Under the pieces are notes generated by a model. It was not told the DNA's origin. It did no database searches and worked only from the letters and a program-made list of their open reading frames with translations. From an uncultured Gemmatimonadales bacterium (GTDB lineage Bacteria > Gemmatimonadota > Gemmatimonadetes > Gemmatimonadales > GWC2-71-9), in contig CAVSLV010000004.1 in assembly GCA_963728915.1 (NCBI GenBank), positions 160,001 through 224,000 on the forward strand: a stretch of DNA of 64,000 nt. The letters run 5' to 3'. A program made the position numbers and the translations under genes. Shown in pieces: positions 10,270-23,400 of the stretch. Every line of letters begins with the position of its first letter. Positions within the stretch are counted from its first letter, which is position 1.

Positions 10270-12583
10270 GAGAGAGCTCCTCAAGGTGAAGACGTGTCCA
10301 GCCAAGATGCGCCGGCTGGTCAGAAGGTCGCAGGGCGGGGTCGCCAGCGGACGGGTAGAGCGAGCGGTAGTTGGCGAGGTTCCGCAGAATCCGACGAACG
10401 TAGTCCCGGGTTTCGACATACTGGATTCGCTCGATGAACACTTCGGTGTCCGTCCCGGCGCCGGGCAGTCCGGCCCAGGACTCCGCGGCGCGAGCGCCCG
10501 CGTTGTAGGCGGCCAGGGCCATGGGGAGCGAAGGATACCGCTTCAGCACCTCGGCGAGATGCATCATCCCGAACTGGAGATTGATTTCCGGCTGATGCAG
10601 GAGATCGACGTCCCATTGCCGAATGCCTTCACGACGCGCCAGACTGGCCCCCAGCGAGGGCATCACCTGCATCCACCCCCGGGCATCCGCCCGCGATCGC
10701 GCGTCCAGGTCATAGAGGGATTCCTGGCGGATCAGCGCAGCCGCGAGGAACGGATCGACGTCCGCTCGCCCGGCCTCCTCGCGCAAGGCGGGAATCGCCT
10801 CCAGCGGATAGGTCATCGACCGATCCGACGCATCGGTGACCGGCTGCGCCAGCCGGAAGGCGCGGCCCACCATTCCCCGGTCGAGGAACATCCTCGCCAG
10901 GCCCAGCCGGGTCGCCGGACTGGTTTCCCCGGCGCGGGCCAGCCGATCGTACTCGAACCGCGCCTCGACCTGGAGTCCCAGACGTTCGAGCAGGGCGGCT
11001 CGTTCGAAAGCCGGGAGCCAGGTAGTATCGGGAATGGCCTGTATCGAGCCGGTGCTCAACGGCGGAAGAGCGGAACCGAGCCGTTCGCTTGCCTGCAGGG
11101 CATAGTAGGAGGACGGGTACCGGCGCAGGATCGCTCGCCAGCGATCATTCGCGCGAGCAGTGTCACCCAGGTCCCAGAGAGCCCGGCCGCTCCAGTACAT
11201 GGCGGCGACCGTTTCTCCGTGTTCGGGCCTGCGATCGGCGAGCAGGGCGAACTGAGTCGCCGCGTCTTTTTTGTTTCCCGCGATCCAGTCCATCACCCCG
11301 ACCTGAAATCCGGCTCGGACTCCGTGCGAGGTTCGCGGGAACCGCTCCGCCACCTGCCGGAATACTTCGCGAGCGGGGACATCGTTGCCGTTGTCGACCA
11401 GCAGCTCGCCCGCCAGGAACCCCGCCATCGCGAAAGTGGCGGTGTCCTTCCGGCCCGGGGTCGTCACGAAGATCTCCCGGAGCCAGCGCATCGCGTCGCC
11501 CCGCTGGCCCAGTGCGAGAAGGGTCCGGGCGTGCTGGTAGCGAGCCTGCGCGATGAGATCTTCCGATCGGACTTCGTCGAGCTGCCGCATCGCGTCCCGG
11601 TGCCGCCCCACCCGGCCCAGGGCAATTCCGAAAGCGAGCCGGTCGCTATCGGTCAGGAGGTGGGCCGAGTCGGCTCGAGCGAATCCCGGGATGGCGCGCC
11701 GGGGGTCCACGGCGGCGATCCGGCGGGCGATGAGGAGGTCCTCCTCCGTCGTGAGAGGCTGAAATGTCTCGTCGAGCATGGTGATGGCGGCTCGCAGGTC
11801 GTCACCACCGATGCCTCCGGCGATCAAGGCCAGCAGATCGCCACGAAGGGAAGGTGGAGGACTGGTGGAATCCGCACGCAAACGCATCCGCAGCGCGAGC
11901 AGGGGAGCCTTGAGCGAGGTATACGCAATCGCTGCTCCGCGATAATCCCCGGCTCGATCTCTCGCGAGCGCGTCGGTCCAGGCGATGCGGGCGGCGGCCG
12001 CAGGAAGAGTGATGTTCCGCAGCAGGGCGGTGCGCGCCGCGGAGTCCGGCGTCACCCCCGCCGCTCGAAGCAACAGCCACTCGGCGATGGTCGGGAGCTC
12101 GGAGGCCGCCTCAAGATATCGGGCCCCCGCGCTATCGAGCTGGTCGGCGCGATCGAAGGCCCGGGCCAGCACGACGAGTCGGAAGCCACGGTTGTCGGGG
12201 GAAGCACTCAGCAATGCCAGGCGGGCATCTTCGATGGCCGGTTCGCTCTGCTCCACCCGGGCTCTGGCGAGCATGGCCCGGCCTTCGCCGCCCTTCACGG
12301 TGTCGAGCCAGGACTGATTCCCGAGCAGCTGCGTGACGGTACCCCATCCTTCCCAGCCCGCCGCCGCTCGCGCTGCGAGGAGAACAAGGTCGGGATCACG
12401 GCTCTCCCTGGCAAGCAGTGGCGCCAGGGTCCGGGTTGCCAGGAATGGCCGACGAGCCTCCAGCGCCAGGCGCGCCTCTCCCAGGACCGAGGTGTCGGCC
12501 CGGGCCTGCTGTGCCTCGGCCTGGCCAACGCAAGGCCCGCCACAGAGTCCCAGGAATCCCAGGACCCTGAGGGCGAAAACCAT
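10187..12583 (-). CDS. Soluble lytic murein transglycosylase (Slt70-like, TPR-rich N-terminus)
   Basis: ALIRQES catalytic Glu, ARGWMQVMP, LAAYNAG, ETRDYV; start chosen at signal-peptide-like MVFALRVLG. Confidence 0.85.
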   Translation of the reverse strand: MVFALRVLGFLGLCGGPCVGQAEAQQARADTSVLGEARLALEARRPFLATRTLAPLLARESRDPDLVLLAARAAAGWEGWGTVTQLLGNQSWLDTVKGGEGRAMLARARVEQSEPAIEDARLALLSASPDNRGFRLVVLARAFDRADQLDSAGARYLEAASELPTIAEWLLLRAAGVTPDSAARTALLRNITLPAAAARIAWTDALARDRAGDYRGAAIAYTSLKAPLLALRMRLRADSTSPPPSLRGDLLALIAGGIGGDDLRAAITMLDETFQPLTTEEDLLIARRIAAVDPRRAIPGFARADSAHLLTDSDRLAFGIALGRVGRHRDAMRQLDEVRSEDLIAQARYQHARTLLALGQRGDAMRWLREIFVTTPGRKDTATFAMAGFLAGELLVDNGNDVPAREVFRQVAERFPRTSHGVRAGFQVGVMDWIAGNKKDAATQFALLADRRPEHGETVAAMYWSGRALWDLGDTARANDRWRAILRRYPSSYYALQASERLGSALPPLSTGSIQAIPDTTWLPAFERAALLERLGLQVEARFEYDRLARAGETSPATRLGLARMFLDRGMVGRAFRLAQPVTDASDRSMTYPLEAIPALREEAGRADVDPFLAAALIRQESLYDLDARSRADARGWMQVMPSLGASLARREGIRQWDVDLLHQPEINLQFGMMHLAEVLKRYPSLPMALAAYNAGARAAESWAGLPGAGTDTEVFIERIQYVETRDYVRRILRNLANYRSLYPSAGDPALRPSDQPAHLGWTRLHLEELSHEVGGSALPPRDSREREPGRPGQGPAG

Positions 12584-12645
12584 GCGATGAGGAAGAGATG
12601 CTGCTGGGACCGTCACTGTCCAAATGTAGCTACGGCCAGTGGGGG

Positions 12646-12813
12646 TTATGCCAGGTGCCGGCGGATCTCCTTGGGCAAACGCTGCAGATAGATCGTGCCT
12701 TTGTCGGCCCCGAGAGGACGAGGGTCGGTGGGTCGGACCACGCGGCCGACCATGGCGCCATGCTCGTCGATGATCTCCAGCTGTTCCTTGTTGTGTCGCT
12801 TCGCCTGCAACAT
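12646..12813 (-). CDS. Small hypothetical protein (55 aa), absent from the ORF track
   Basis: GGAGGAAGCG-ATG; MLQAKRHNKEQLEIIDEHGAMVGRVVRPTDPRPLGADKGTIYLQRLPKEIRRHLA-TAA fills an otherwise empty gap. Confidence 0.6.
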   Translation of the reverse strand: MLQAKRHNKEQLEIIDEHGAMVGRVVRPTDPRPLGADKGTIYLQRLPKEIRRHLA

Positions 12814-12897
12814 CGCTTCCTCCGGATCGAATCACATCGGTCACTTCATGAGATGCGGTTGAACCGGAAACCGTTGCAGCCTTAGATAGATTCCAGC

Positions 12898-14520
<1,623 letters not shown>

Positions 14521-14548
14521 CACCCAGGACCAAGCACCCAGTCACTAC

Positions 14549-15763
14549 TCATTCGTACCGCAGCGCTTCGATCGGATCCAGCCGCGCCGCGCGGCGAGCC
14601 GGCCAGACCCCGAAGAAGAGCCCCACCACCGCGCTGAATCCCGCCGCGAGGAGCAGCGCGCTCGCGGGCACCACCGCGCTCCAGCCATTGAGCGACGCGA
14701 GCAGGATCGCCATCCCGATCCCCAGCAGGATCCCGACCGCGCCCCCGGCGAAGCACAGCACCAGCGCTTCGACCAGGAACTGCAACAGGACCTCCCGGCG
14801 CGTCGCACCCAGCGCCATGCGCACCCCGATCTCCCGGGTCCGCTCGGTGACCGAGACCAGCATGATGTTCATGATGCCGATGCCACCCACCAGCAGGCTC
14901 ACCGCGGCGATTCCCGCGAGCAGCCAGGTGAGGGTGTCGCTCGCCTGGGCGCGCGCCGCGAGGAAGGTGGATCGATCGGTGATGCGGAAATCGTTGGGCT
15001 CGTCGGGGCGCAGCCGGTGCTCGCGCCGGAGGACTTGTTCGATTTGAAGCAAGGCCGAGGTCAGCGAGTCGGGGCGGCGGAGCTGGACCGTCATCCCGCG
15101 CAGGCGGTCGGTGCCGAAGATCCGGTACTGGCCGGTGCGGAACGGGATATAGATGCTCTGGTCGGGGTCGTCCCGGCCGGGCTGATCGCCTTTGCGCGCC
15201 AGGATCCCGACCACCTCGAAGGGGATGCCGCGAATCAGCAGGTTCGAGCCGAACAGCTTGTCGGCGGTCGACTCGAGCTGTCGCGGCACGTCGTTGCCCA
15301 GCACCGCGACCCGGCGGCGAGCCTGATCGTCTCCCGGTGTGAAGAAATGCCCGTGCTCGGGATCGAGCCGGAGCACCTGCGCGACCTCCGGCGTGGTGGC
15401 GACGATGTCCACGTTGATGTTCTGGCTGCCGGCTTTGACCTGGAGGTTCCCTCCCAGCGCCGGCACCACCGCCCGCAGGGTGGTTCCGTCCCGCCTGAGC
15501 GCCGCGGCATCATCGCTGGTGAGACTGACCCGCTGGGCGACCGCGACTCCATGAAACCAGGCCTGACCCGCGTTGATCGACAGGAGATCCGTGCCGAGCT
15601 GGTCGAGCTGGGACTGCACCGCCGCGCGCGCGCCCGAGCCCAGCGCGATCATGGTGATGACCGCCGCGACCCCGATGACGATGCCGAGCGTAGTGAGGAG
15701 CGAGCGGAGCCGGGTGGCCCGGATGCCTTCGAGGGCCACCCGGAGCACTTCGAGGTGCCTCAT
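14549..15763 (-). CDS. MacB/FtsX-like ABC transporter permease
   Basis: RSLLTTLGIVIGVAAVI, GGIGIMNIMLVSVTERTREIG, ARLDPIEALRYE; ATGA overlap with the upstream gene. Confidence 0.92.
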   Translation of the reverse strand: MRHLEVLRVALEGIRATRLRSLLTTLGIVIGVAAVITMIALGSGARAAVQSQLDQLGTDLLSINAGQAWFHGVAVAQRVSLTSDDAAALRRDGTTLRAVVPALGGNLQVKAGSQNINVDIVATTPEVAQVLRLDPEHGHFFTPGDDQARRRVAVLGNDVPRQLESTADKLFGSNLLIRGIPFEVVGILARKGDQPGRDDPDQSIYIPFRTGQYRIFGTDRLRGMTVQLRRPDSLTSALLQIEQVLRREHRLRPDEPNDFRITDRSTFLAARAQASDTLTWLLAGIAAVSLLVGGIGIMNIMLVSVTERTREIGVRMALGATRREVLLQFLVEALVLCFAGGAVGILLGIGMAILLASLNGWSAVVPASALLLAAGFSAVVGLFFGVWPARRAARLDPIEALRYE

Positions 15764-16974
15764 CGGCGATTGCCGCCCAGCGGACTCCCGGAGCGATCGC
15801 GGGCCCACTGCTCCCGCCGCTGCCACTCCTCCAGGAGACCCGTGGTGGGGAGCACCAGGACACTGTCACCCTCTTCCAGACCAGAAGTGATCACGGTGTA
15901 GTCGTAATCGGTGAGGCCGGTGTTGACCGGTACCGCCCGTGGCTCCCCGTTCTCCATCACGAAGACCAGATACCGGTTGGGCCGCTTGGTACTGTCGCCG
16001 GCCTCGGGGAGGATCTCTTCGGGTGCGAGGCCGAGCGGCACCGCAAGCGCCAGGGCGTCCTCGGGTGAGCGGAGCGCCGAGTTGGGCACCGCCAGCGCAT
16101 TCTCCACCTTGCCGATATGGATCACGACCTCGGCGTTCATGCCGGGGCGGAGCAGCGATTCGGGATTGGGGATCCGCACCAGGACCGGAAACATCGTGAC
16201 GTTCTGCTCGGTCACTCCTTCCGCGGCGATCCGTTCCACCTGGCCGGTGAAGGGCCGATTGGGAAAGGCGGCAACTTGCATGGTGACGGGGGTGCCCGGC
16301 TTGATGGGTCCGATGTCGGTCTCGTCCACCAGCGCCCTGACCCGCACCGTGTCGAGCGCCGCCATCCGGAGCAGCACCGCCCCGCCCCCCACGTCCCGGC
16401 TCGCCGAAGCGATCACGCTCCCGACTTCGACCGCGCGCTCGAGAATGACGCCCGAGACCGGGGCGCGCACTTCGGTATCCTCGAGCGCGATCTGGGCATC
16501 CTGGAGCGCGCGACGGGCCCGTACCAGCGCGGCGTACGCCGTGGCCCGGGCGAGTCGCGCCTGTTCCAGCTCGAGATCGGTGATGGCACGCGATTGGTGC
16601 AGGCCCACCGCCCGGGCGAGCTGCGCTTCCGCGTTGTCCAGCTCGGCGCGCGCCACGACCGAGTCGGCTTCGGCCTCGGTCACGGCGTTGGCGGGAATCC
16701 GGGGGTCCACCCGGATCAGCAGCTGGCCGGCCCGCACCCGATCGCCCTCCTGCACCGCGATCGCCGTGATTTCGCCGGATGCCTTTGACTTGACGTCGAC
16801 CGTGGTGACCGGCTCGACCACGCCGGCGGCGGTGGCGGTGACCACGATGTTGCGGTGCCCGACGAGGGCGAGCTGCGGATGGTTTTCGGGTTTGGGAGCG
16901 CTACAGCTCAGGATCGTGCCGGCCAGCGGCACCCATCGAAGGACGATATGCCATGGACGTCGTTGTCGTGTCAT
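15760..16974 (-). CDS. Efflux periplasmic adaptor (MacA/HlyD-like)
   Basis: VDVKSKASGEI lipoyl half, coiled coil, RAPVSGVI, VDETDIG, LRPGMNA. Confidence 0.9.
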   Translation of the reverse strand: MTRQRRPWHIVLRWVPLAGTILSCSAPKPENHPQLALVGHRNIVVTATAAGVVEPVTTVDVKSKASGEITAIAVQEGDRVRAGQLLIRVDPRIPANAVTEAEADSVVARAELDNAEAQLARAVGLHQSRAITDLELEQARLARATAYAALVRARRALQDAQIALEDTEVRAPVSGVILERAVEVGSVIASASRDVGGGAVLLRMAALDTVRVRALVDETDIGPIKPGTPVTMQVAAFPNRPFTGQVERIAAEGVTEQNVTMFPVLVRIPNPESLLRPGMNAEVVIHIGKVENALAVPNSALRSPEDALALAVPLGLAPEEILPEAGDSTKRPNRYLVFVMENGEPRAVPVNTGLTDYDYTVITSGLEEGDSVLVLPTTGLLEEWQRREQWARDRSGSPLGGNRR

Positions 16975-17035
16975 CGCCTGCCTTCCCTCCCGATGCAGGG
17001 TATCCCATCGGGAAGGAGGAGGCAAGGGTGGCGCG

Positions 17036-18010
17036 TTATTTCTTCACGAGCGATTTCTTGATCCAGCCCTCGGCGTCGGGGCCCTGCACGTGGAGGAACC
17101 CGTCCTTTTCCTCGCCGAGGTACACCAGCTTGTCGGTGCTCTTGAGCGCCGCCAGCACCTTGGCCCCGTCCTGCGGCGCCGCCAGCAGCTTCACGTTGTC
17201 GATTTTCGGCATGACCACGTCGCCATCGGCGAACACCGCACCCGCCTTCACCTGGTCGCCGTCGAGGCCGGCTCCCTTGAAGCGGTCGGCGCGCGCCATG
17301 AGCTGGGAATTGGCCTTGATGTTGTCGACGATGTTGTTGTAATTGTCGAGGTACGACTGCGCGATGACCTTGCCCTCCGCGGTATTCGAATAGCCGCCCC
17401 CCGCCACCGCACCGCCGCCCAGCCACGCAAACCCACCCAGCGCGAAGTCCTTCTTCTTGGCCTTCCCCTGCGCCGCGGCCACCTGAATGCTGGTGCGCGA
17501 ATCCGCGATCAGCATGCTGGTCTCGGCTTCCTTGAACTTGAGCCCGCCGGCCACCGCGCCGACCCGGCGGCCGAGGAGCCCGCCGACCGCCCCGCCCATT
17601 CCGCCGGCATTCGGATTGTCGAAGACCACGGCCGGCGTCAGGATGAAGTCGGCCGCCTTCATCTGGCCTTTCCCCATGTTCTCATCCTGTTGCATTTCCC
17701 CGGCGCCGGCGAGGGCCCGCTCCTGCATCATGTTCTGCATGGCGACGCCCCGCTCGACCACCAGGAAACAGTTCGAGTTCTGGACCATCATCCGAATCAG
17801 CCCGGACGGCGATCCCAGGCCGTATCGCTGGAAAGCGGCCATGTACTGCTGTTGCGGCTCCACCACGGCCAGGGTTCCGATCGGTTTGTCGCACTTCCTG
17901 AGCTCGTCTTTACCCTGTTTGGCGGATGAACTGTCCTGCGCTGCGGCAATGGCGGACGTGCTGATGATGCAAACCATTCCTGATACCACTGCCCGGATGA
18001 CCCTGGCCAT
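17036..18010 (-). CDS. CsgG/HfaB-like secreted protein with C-terminal SH3b-like domain
   Basis: Signal peptide; SNCFLVVERG motif; C-terminal GFLHVQ...EGWIKK. Confidence 0.7.
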   Translation of the reverse strand: MARVIRAVVSGMVCIISTSAIAAAQDSSSAKQGKDELRKCDKPIGTLAVVEPQQQYMAAFQRYGLGSPSGLIRMMVQNSNCFLVVERGVAMQNMMQERALAGAGEMQQDENMGKGQMKAADFILTPAVVFDNPNAGGMGGAVGGLLGRRVGAVAGGLKFKEAETSMLIADSRTSIQVAAAQGKAKKKDFALGGFAWLGGGAVAGGGYSNTAEGKVIAQSYLDNYNNIVDNIKANSQLMARADRFKGAGLDGDQVKAGAVFADGDVVMPKIDNVKLLAAPQDGAKVLAALKSTDKLVYLGEEKDGFLHVQGPDAEGWIKKSLVKK

Positions 18011-18137
18011 GACTCCCTCGCTGTAGATGGGGCGCATGCTCATATAGCATTGCGCAGGGAAGCCCGCAAGACTGTCAGCCGCGGGTGCCGCTGGACCGGT
18101 AGTTGACACCCCGGGTTCCGGGCACGATCCTCTCCCG

Positions 18138-18404
18138 ATGCCCGACCGGTCCGGTCTGCAGGCCATCGCTTTGCGGCAGCGTCGTTTTGCCCTTGCCCTC
18201 ACCGCGGGGATGATCGGGCTCTATTTCGGCTTCATCCTGCTGATCGCCTACGACAAGCCACTCCTGGGGCGCACGCTGGTTCCGGGAATTTCCCTGGGAA
18301 TCCTGTTCGGGGCCCTGGTCATCGTGGGGTCGTGGCTTCTCACCTGGGTCTACGTGCGTTGGGCCAACACCCACTACGACACCGAGCTGGATCGGCACCG
18401 CTGA
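18138..18404 (+). CDS. yjcH: DUF485 (YjcH-like) small membrane protein
   Basis: Two TM helices, [13 protein letters not shown] motif, directly upstream of actP. Confidence 0.85.
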   Translation: MPDRSGLQAIALRQRRFALALTAGMIGLYFGFILLIAYDKPLLGRTLVPGISLGILFGALVIVGSWLLTWVYVRWANTHYDTELDRHR

Positions 18405-18405
18405 C

Positions 18406-19959
18406 ATGAGCCTGCAACAGGTGGCCACCCGGATCGGCCAGCCCAATGGAGTGGCGATGGGGTTCTTCTTCGTCTTCATCGCGATCACCCTGGGCATCAC
18501 CTGGTGGGCCGCCCGCCGGACCCGTACCACCGAGCATTACTACGCGGCGGGCCGGAGCATCGGTGCCAGGCAGAACGGCATTGCCCTCGCCGGCGACTAC
18601 ATGAGCGCGGCGTCCTTCCTCGGCATTGCGGGCCTGGTTTCGACCACGGGGTTTGACGGGTTGATCTACTCGACCGGCTGGCTGGTCGGCTGGCCGGTGG
18701 TGCTTTTCCTGATCGCCGAGCCGCTCCGGAATCTGGGGAAGTACACCTTCGCCGACGTCGTCGCGGCCCGCCTTCGCCAGGCCCCGGTTCGCACCGCCTC
18801 GGCCGCCGGCACCCTCGCGACGGTTTCCCTCTATCTCATCGCGCAGATGGTCGGCGCCGGCAGCCTGGTGCGGCTGATGTTCGGGATCTCCTATGAAACG
18901 GCGATCGTGATCGTCGGCGTGGTGATGATCGCATACGTTCTGTTCGGCGGGATGATCGCGACGACGTGGGTCCAGATCGTCAAGGCGGTGCTGCTGCTTT
19001 CCGGCGCAACGATCCTTGCCTTCCTGGTCCTCTGGCGGTTCGGAATGAATCCCGCCGCCCTGTTTGCCGCGGCTGCGGAGCGCTATGGCGCGTCGGTCCT
19101 TGCGCCCGGAAGACTGGTCAGCAAGCCGCTCGATGCGGTGAGTCTCGGTCTCGCCCTCATGTTCGGAACCGCGGGGCTTCCCCACATCCTGATGCGGTTC
19201 TACACGGTGCCCGATGCGCGCTCGGCCCGGCGGAGCGTGTTCTACGCGACCGGCCTGATCGGCGCCTTCTATCTCCTGACCTTCGTGCTCGGCTTCGGCG
19301 CGATGGTCCTGGTCGGATCCGAGACGATCAAGGCGGTCGAGCCCGGCGGCAACATGGCCGCTCCGCTCCTCGCCGAGCTGATCGGGGGAACACCGTTTCT
19401 GGGGTTCATCGCCGCGGTGGCGTTCGCGACCATTCTGGCGGTCGTCGCGGGGCTCACCCTCTCCGGCGCGGCGGCGTTGTCCCATGACCTGTGGGTCCAC
19501 GTGGTGCGGAAGGACCACGCCACCGCGGACGAGCAGCTCAGGGTGGCCCGGATCGCCACGGTCGGCCTCGGCGTCCTGGGCATCCTCCTGGGCATCACCT
19601 TCAAGGGACAGAACGTCGCGTTCATGGTGGGACTCGCCTTCGCGATCGCGGCGAGCGCCAACTTCCCCGCGCTGGTCCTCTCGATCTTCTGGCGCGGATA
19701 CACCACGGCGGGCGCGGTCACCAGTATGCTGCTGGGAACCGCGGGGGCCCTGGTCCTGATCTATCTCTCGCCCACCGTGCAGGTGGACATCCTGAAACAC
19801 GAAACCGCCTGGTTCCCGCTCCGCAATCCCGCCCTGGTGACGATGCCGCTGTCGTTCCTCGCCGGCATCCTGGTTTCCCTCCTGGCCCGGCGTCCGGAGG
19901 AGGCTTCCGCCTTTGACGGACTCCAGCGCCGCGTGCACCTGGGTGGAGACTCCTCCTGA
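18406..19959 (+). CDS. actP: Cation/acetate symporter (SSS family)
   Basis: [46 protein letters not shown]. Confidence 0.92.
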   Translation: MSLQQVATRIGQPNGVAMGFFFVFIAITLGITWWAARRTRTTEHYYAAGRSIGARQNGIALAGDYMSAASFLGIAGLVSTTGFDGLIYSTGWLVGWPVVLFLIAEPLRNLGKYTFADVVAARLRQAPVRTASAAGTLATVSLYLIAQMVGAGSLVRLMFGISYETAIVIVGVVMIAYVLFGGMIATTWVQIVKAVLLLSGATILAFLVLWRFGMNPAALFAAAAERYGASVLAPGRLVSKPLDAVSLGLALMFGTAGLPHILMRFYTVPDARSARRSVFYATGLIGAFYLLTFVLGFGAMVLVGSETIKAVEPGGNMAAPLLAELIGGTPFLGFIAAVAFATILAVVAGLTLSGAAALSHDLWVHVVRKDHATADEQLRVARIATVGLGVLGILLGITFKGQNVAFMVGLAFAIAASANFPALVLSIFWRGYTTAGAVTSMLLGTAGALVLIYLSPTVQVDILKHETAWFPLRNPALVTMPLSFLAGILVSLLARRPEEASAFDGLQRRVHLGGDSS

Positions 19960-20104
19960 TCCTCGAGGCCGGGGGTGCAGGCCAAGCCCCGGTCCGCCTC
20001 GAGTCCACTGCCGAAAACCAGCCAGCCCATCCCGTGTCAGCGCCGGGGCACCAGTCGTCATGCAGGGTGAGGGCACGGCGACACGGCTAACACGGGGAGG
20101 AGAT

Positions 20105-20338
20105 ATGGGGATCCGGAAAGCGGGGAAGGCAGGTTGGCTGGCACTGCTCGGACTGGGATGGCAGGCGCTGGTGCGGCCCGCCCTGGTGATGGCGCAGGAC
20201 ATTCACGTGGATGTGAACCCGGAGCGGAGCAGCGGACCGCCGTGGTATGGGATCTGGTGGGTATGGCTCCTGGCGGCCGTGTTCGTCATTGTGATCGTCG
20301 CGCTGACCACTCGGGGAGGAGGTCGCCGCCCGGCCTGA
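20105..20338 (+). CDS. Small membrane protein
   Basis: GGAGGAG SD; signal-like N-terminus and Trp-rich C-terminal TM helix (WYGIWWVW). Confidence 0.6.
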   Translation: MGIRKAGKAGWLALLGLGWQALVRPALVMAQDIHVDVNPERSSGPPWYGIWWVWLLAAVFVIVIVALTTRGGGRRPA

Positions 20339-20440
20339 TCCCGGAGCGCCAGACGCCGCTGTGCCGTCTGTGACCGGGGCCCGAGTGTATCGGGTCCCGG
20401 TTTGCATTATTGTTTCGGAGTCCTCCGCTCCGAGTCATCC

Positions 20441-23400
20441 ATGATCCATCCTCGCCTGACCCTGGCCCTGCTGCTCGCTCCTGCCATCCCATTGACGGTG
20501 ACGGCACAGACCGCCGACTCCGCTGCATTCGCCAGTCTGGTCTGGCGGAATCTCGGGCCCCAGCGAGGCGGGCGGTCGGTGGCCGCGGCCGGCTCGGCTG
20601 CCCGGCCCAACGAGTACTACATGGGGACCACCGGCGGCGGCGTGTTCAAGACGGTGGATGGCGGCGCCAACTGGGTCCCGGTGAGCGACAAATACTTCGG
20701 CGGCACCATCGGCGCGATTGCGGTGAGCGAGTCCAATCCCGACATCGTCTATGTGGGCGGGGGCGAGTTCCCGATCCGGGGCAACGTTTCCCACGGGGAC
20801 GGGGTCTACAAATCCACCGATGGGGGCAAGACCTGGACCTACATGGGCCTGGTCGAGACTCGTCAGATCTCCAAGATCCGGGTTCATCCCAGGAATCCCG
20901 ACATCGTCTACGTCGCCGCGCTGGGCCAGGTCTTCGGGCCGAGCCCCAATCGGGGCGTCTACAAGAGCACCGACGGCGGGAAGACCTGGGCCAGGATCCT
21001 GTTCCGGAACGACACCACCGGTGCGATCGACCTCTCCATGGATCCCCACGACCCGGAGACCCTCTACGCCGGGTTATGGACGGCGTATCGGAAGCCGTGG
21101 CAGCTGGTGAGCGGCGGGACCGGGAGTGGGATCTTCAAGACCACCGACGGCGGCCGTACCTGGAAGGAGCTGACCCGGAATCCGGGCCTGCCGGCGGGCA
21201 TCATCGGCAACATCGGACTGTCGGTCTCTCCCGCCAATCCCCGCCGGGTCTTTGCGATCGTGGAAGCCGATTCCGGCGGCGTGTTCCGCTCCGATGACGG
21301 TGGGGACACCTGGATCCGGACCAGCGGCGATCGCAATCTCCGCCAGCGCGCCTGGTACTACAGCCGGATCTACGCCGATCCGCAGGATGAGAACACGGTG
21401 TACGCGAGCAATGTCAATTTCCAGCGCTCCCGTGACGGGGGACGGACCTGGCAGCCGCTCCGTCCTCCCCACGGCGACAGCCACGATATGTGGATCGCGC
21501 CGAACAACAATCAGCGGATGATCGAATCGGACGACGGCGGCTCCACCGTGACCACCAACGGCGGGCGGAGCTGGACCGAACAGGATTTTCCCACCGCGCA
21601 GTTCTATCACGTCGTCACCACGACGCACTTCCCCTACCGGGTCTGCGGCGCCCAGCAGGACAACAGCACGGTCTGCATGCCAAGCCGCTCGATCGACGGC
21701 GCCGATCTCCAGGACTTCTACGACGTGGGCGGCGGCGAGTCGGGATACATCGCGGTGCGTCCCGACAATCCGGACATCGTCTTCGCGGGGAGCTACGGCG
21801 GGTTGCTGACCCGGACCGATACCCGGACCGGATTGAGCCGGAACGTGAATCCGTGGCCGCTCAATCCCATGGGCCACAGCGCGATCGATCTCAAGTACCG
21901 GTTCCAGTGGACGTTCCCGATCGTGATCTCCCCCCACGATCCCAACGTCCTCTACGCCGGCTCGAACGTGATCCACCGATCGACCGACGAAGGGGCGAGC
22001 TGGACCGCCATCAGCCCCGACCTGACCCGGCACGACCCCACCACCCTGGGCCCCTCGGGCGGGCCGATCACCAAGGACCAGACCAGCGTCGAGTACTACG
22101 CCACCGTGTTCACCATTGCGGAGTCGCCGGTGGAACAAGGGGTGATCTGGTCGGGAAGCGACGACGGCCTGGTCTACGTAACCCGCGACAACGGAGCGGC
22201 CTGGACCAACGTGACGCCCAAGGACCTTCCCGAGTGGACCCGGATCTCGATCATCGAGGCCTCGCCCCACGGCAAAGGCGCCGCGTATCTCGCCGGGAAC
22301 CGGTACCAGCTCAACGACTACACCCCCTACCTCTACAAGACCTCCGATTACGGCCAGACCTGGACCAGAATCACCAACGGGATTGCGGCGAGCGAGTTCA
22401 CCCGGGTGATCCGTGAGGACCCGGCCCGGGCCGGCCTGCTGTACGCCGGGACCGAACGGGGCGTCTGGGTCTCGTTCGACGACGGCGGGCACTGGCAGCG
22501 CTTGCAACGGAATCTGCCGCCGGTGCCGGTGCACGATCTCACCATCAAGGACGGCGATCTCGTCGCCGCCACCCACGGGCGGGGGTTCTGGATTCTGGAT
22601 GACATCTCCCCACTCCGGCAGTACGCGGGAGGGGTGACCGACAAGGATGCCCAGCTCTTCAAGCCGCGGGACGCCTATCGCACCGCGGGCGGCTTCTTCT
22701 TTTTCGGGGGAGCCGGCGCGGGAGCGGGGTCACGGGAGCTCGGCCCCCTCACCGGGTGGGATGGCGCGGTCATTCACTACTGGCTCAAGCGTCCGGGCCA
22801 GCGGCTGACCCTGGAGTTTCTCGACGGGAAGGGCCAGGTGATCCGGCGATTCTCGAGCGAGCTCGACTCGATCGCCCGGGCGGACTCGTTGGCCCGGGCC
22901 GGGGAGCGCGCCTCCCGGGTGGCGGTCAATCGAAAAGCGGCCGATAGCCTCGCCGCGCTCGGCGTCATGCCCGCCGCGGTTCAGCCCGACTCGACGGAGA
23001 CTTCTCCCCAGGCGGGCTGGCGCTACACGCCGGCGCCGAGGGTCCCGAACCGGGCCGGCATGAATCGGTTCACCTGGAATTTGCGCAGCGAGGACGCGGT
23101 AGGATTCCCGGGGATGATCTACTGGGCCGGGGGAACCGCCGGACCGGTCATTCCTCCCGGCGCCTACACCGTTCGCATGACCGTGGGAGATCAGACTCAA
23201 ATCCAGAGTTTCCAGGTGCTCGCCGATCCGCGCGCCAAGGCGAGTCAGGCCGATCTCGACGCCCAGTACGCGTTTCTCATCCAGGTGCGCGACAAGGCCA
23301 ACGAGGCCAACAACGCCGTGCGCACCATCCGGAACGTCAAGACCCAGCTCGACGACCGCCGGGCGAAAGGCGGCCCGGTCTATGACCGGCTTTCGCGGGC

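Noticed and set aside
9809..12691. 960-aa plus-strand ORF, and similar long antisense ORFs at 1554-3344, 4293-6461, 7524-9314, 15911-17929, 18340-20202, 30435-33050 and 58849-60885
   Set aside because: They lie opposite genes with clear family motifs, have no motifs of their own, and are typical stop-poor shadow frames of high-GC DNA
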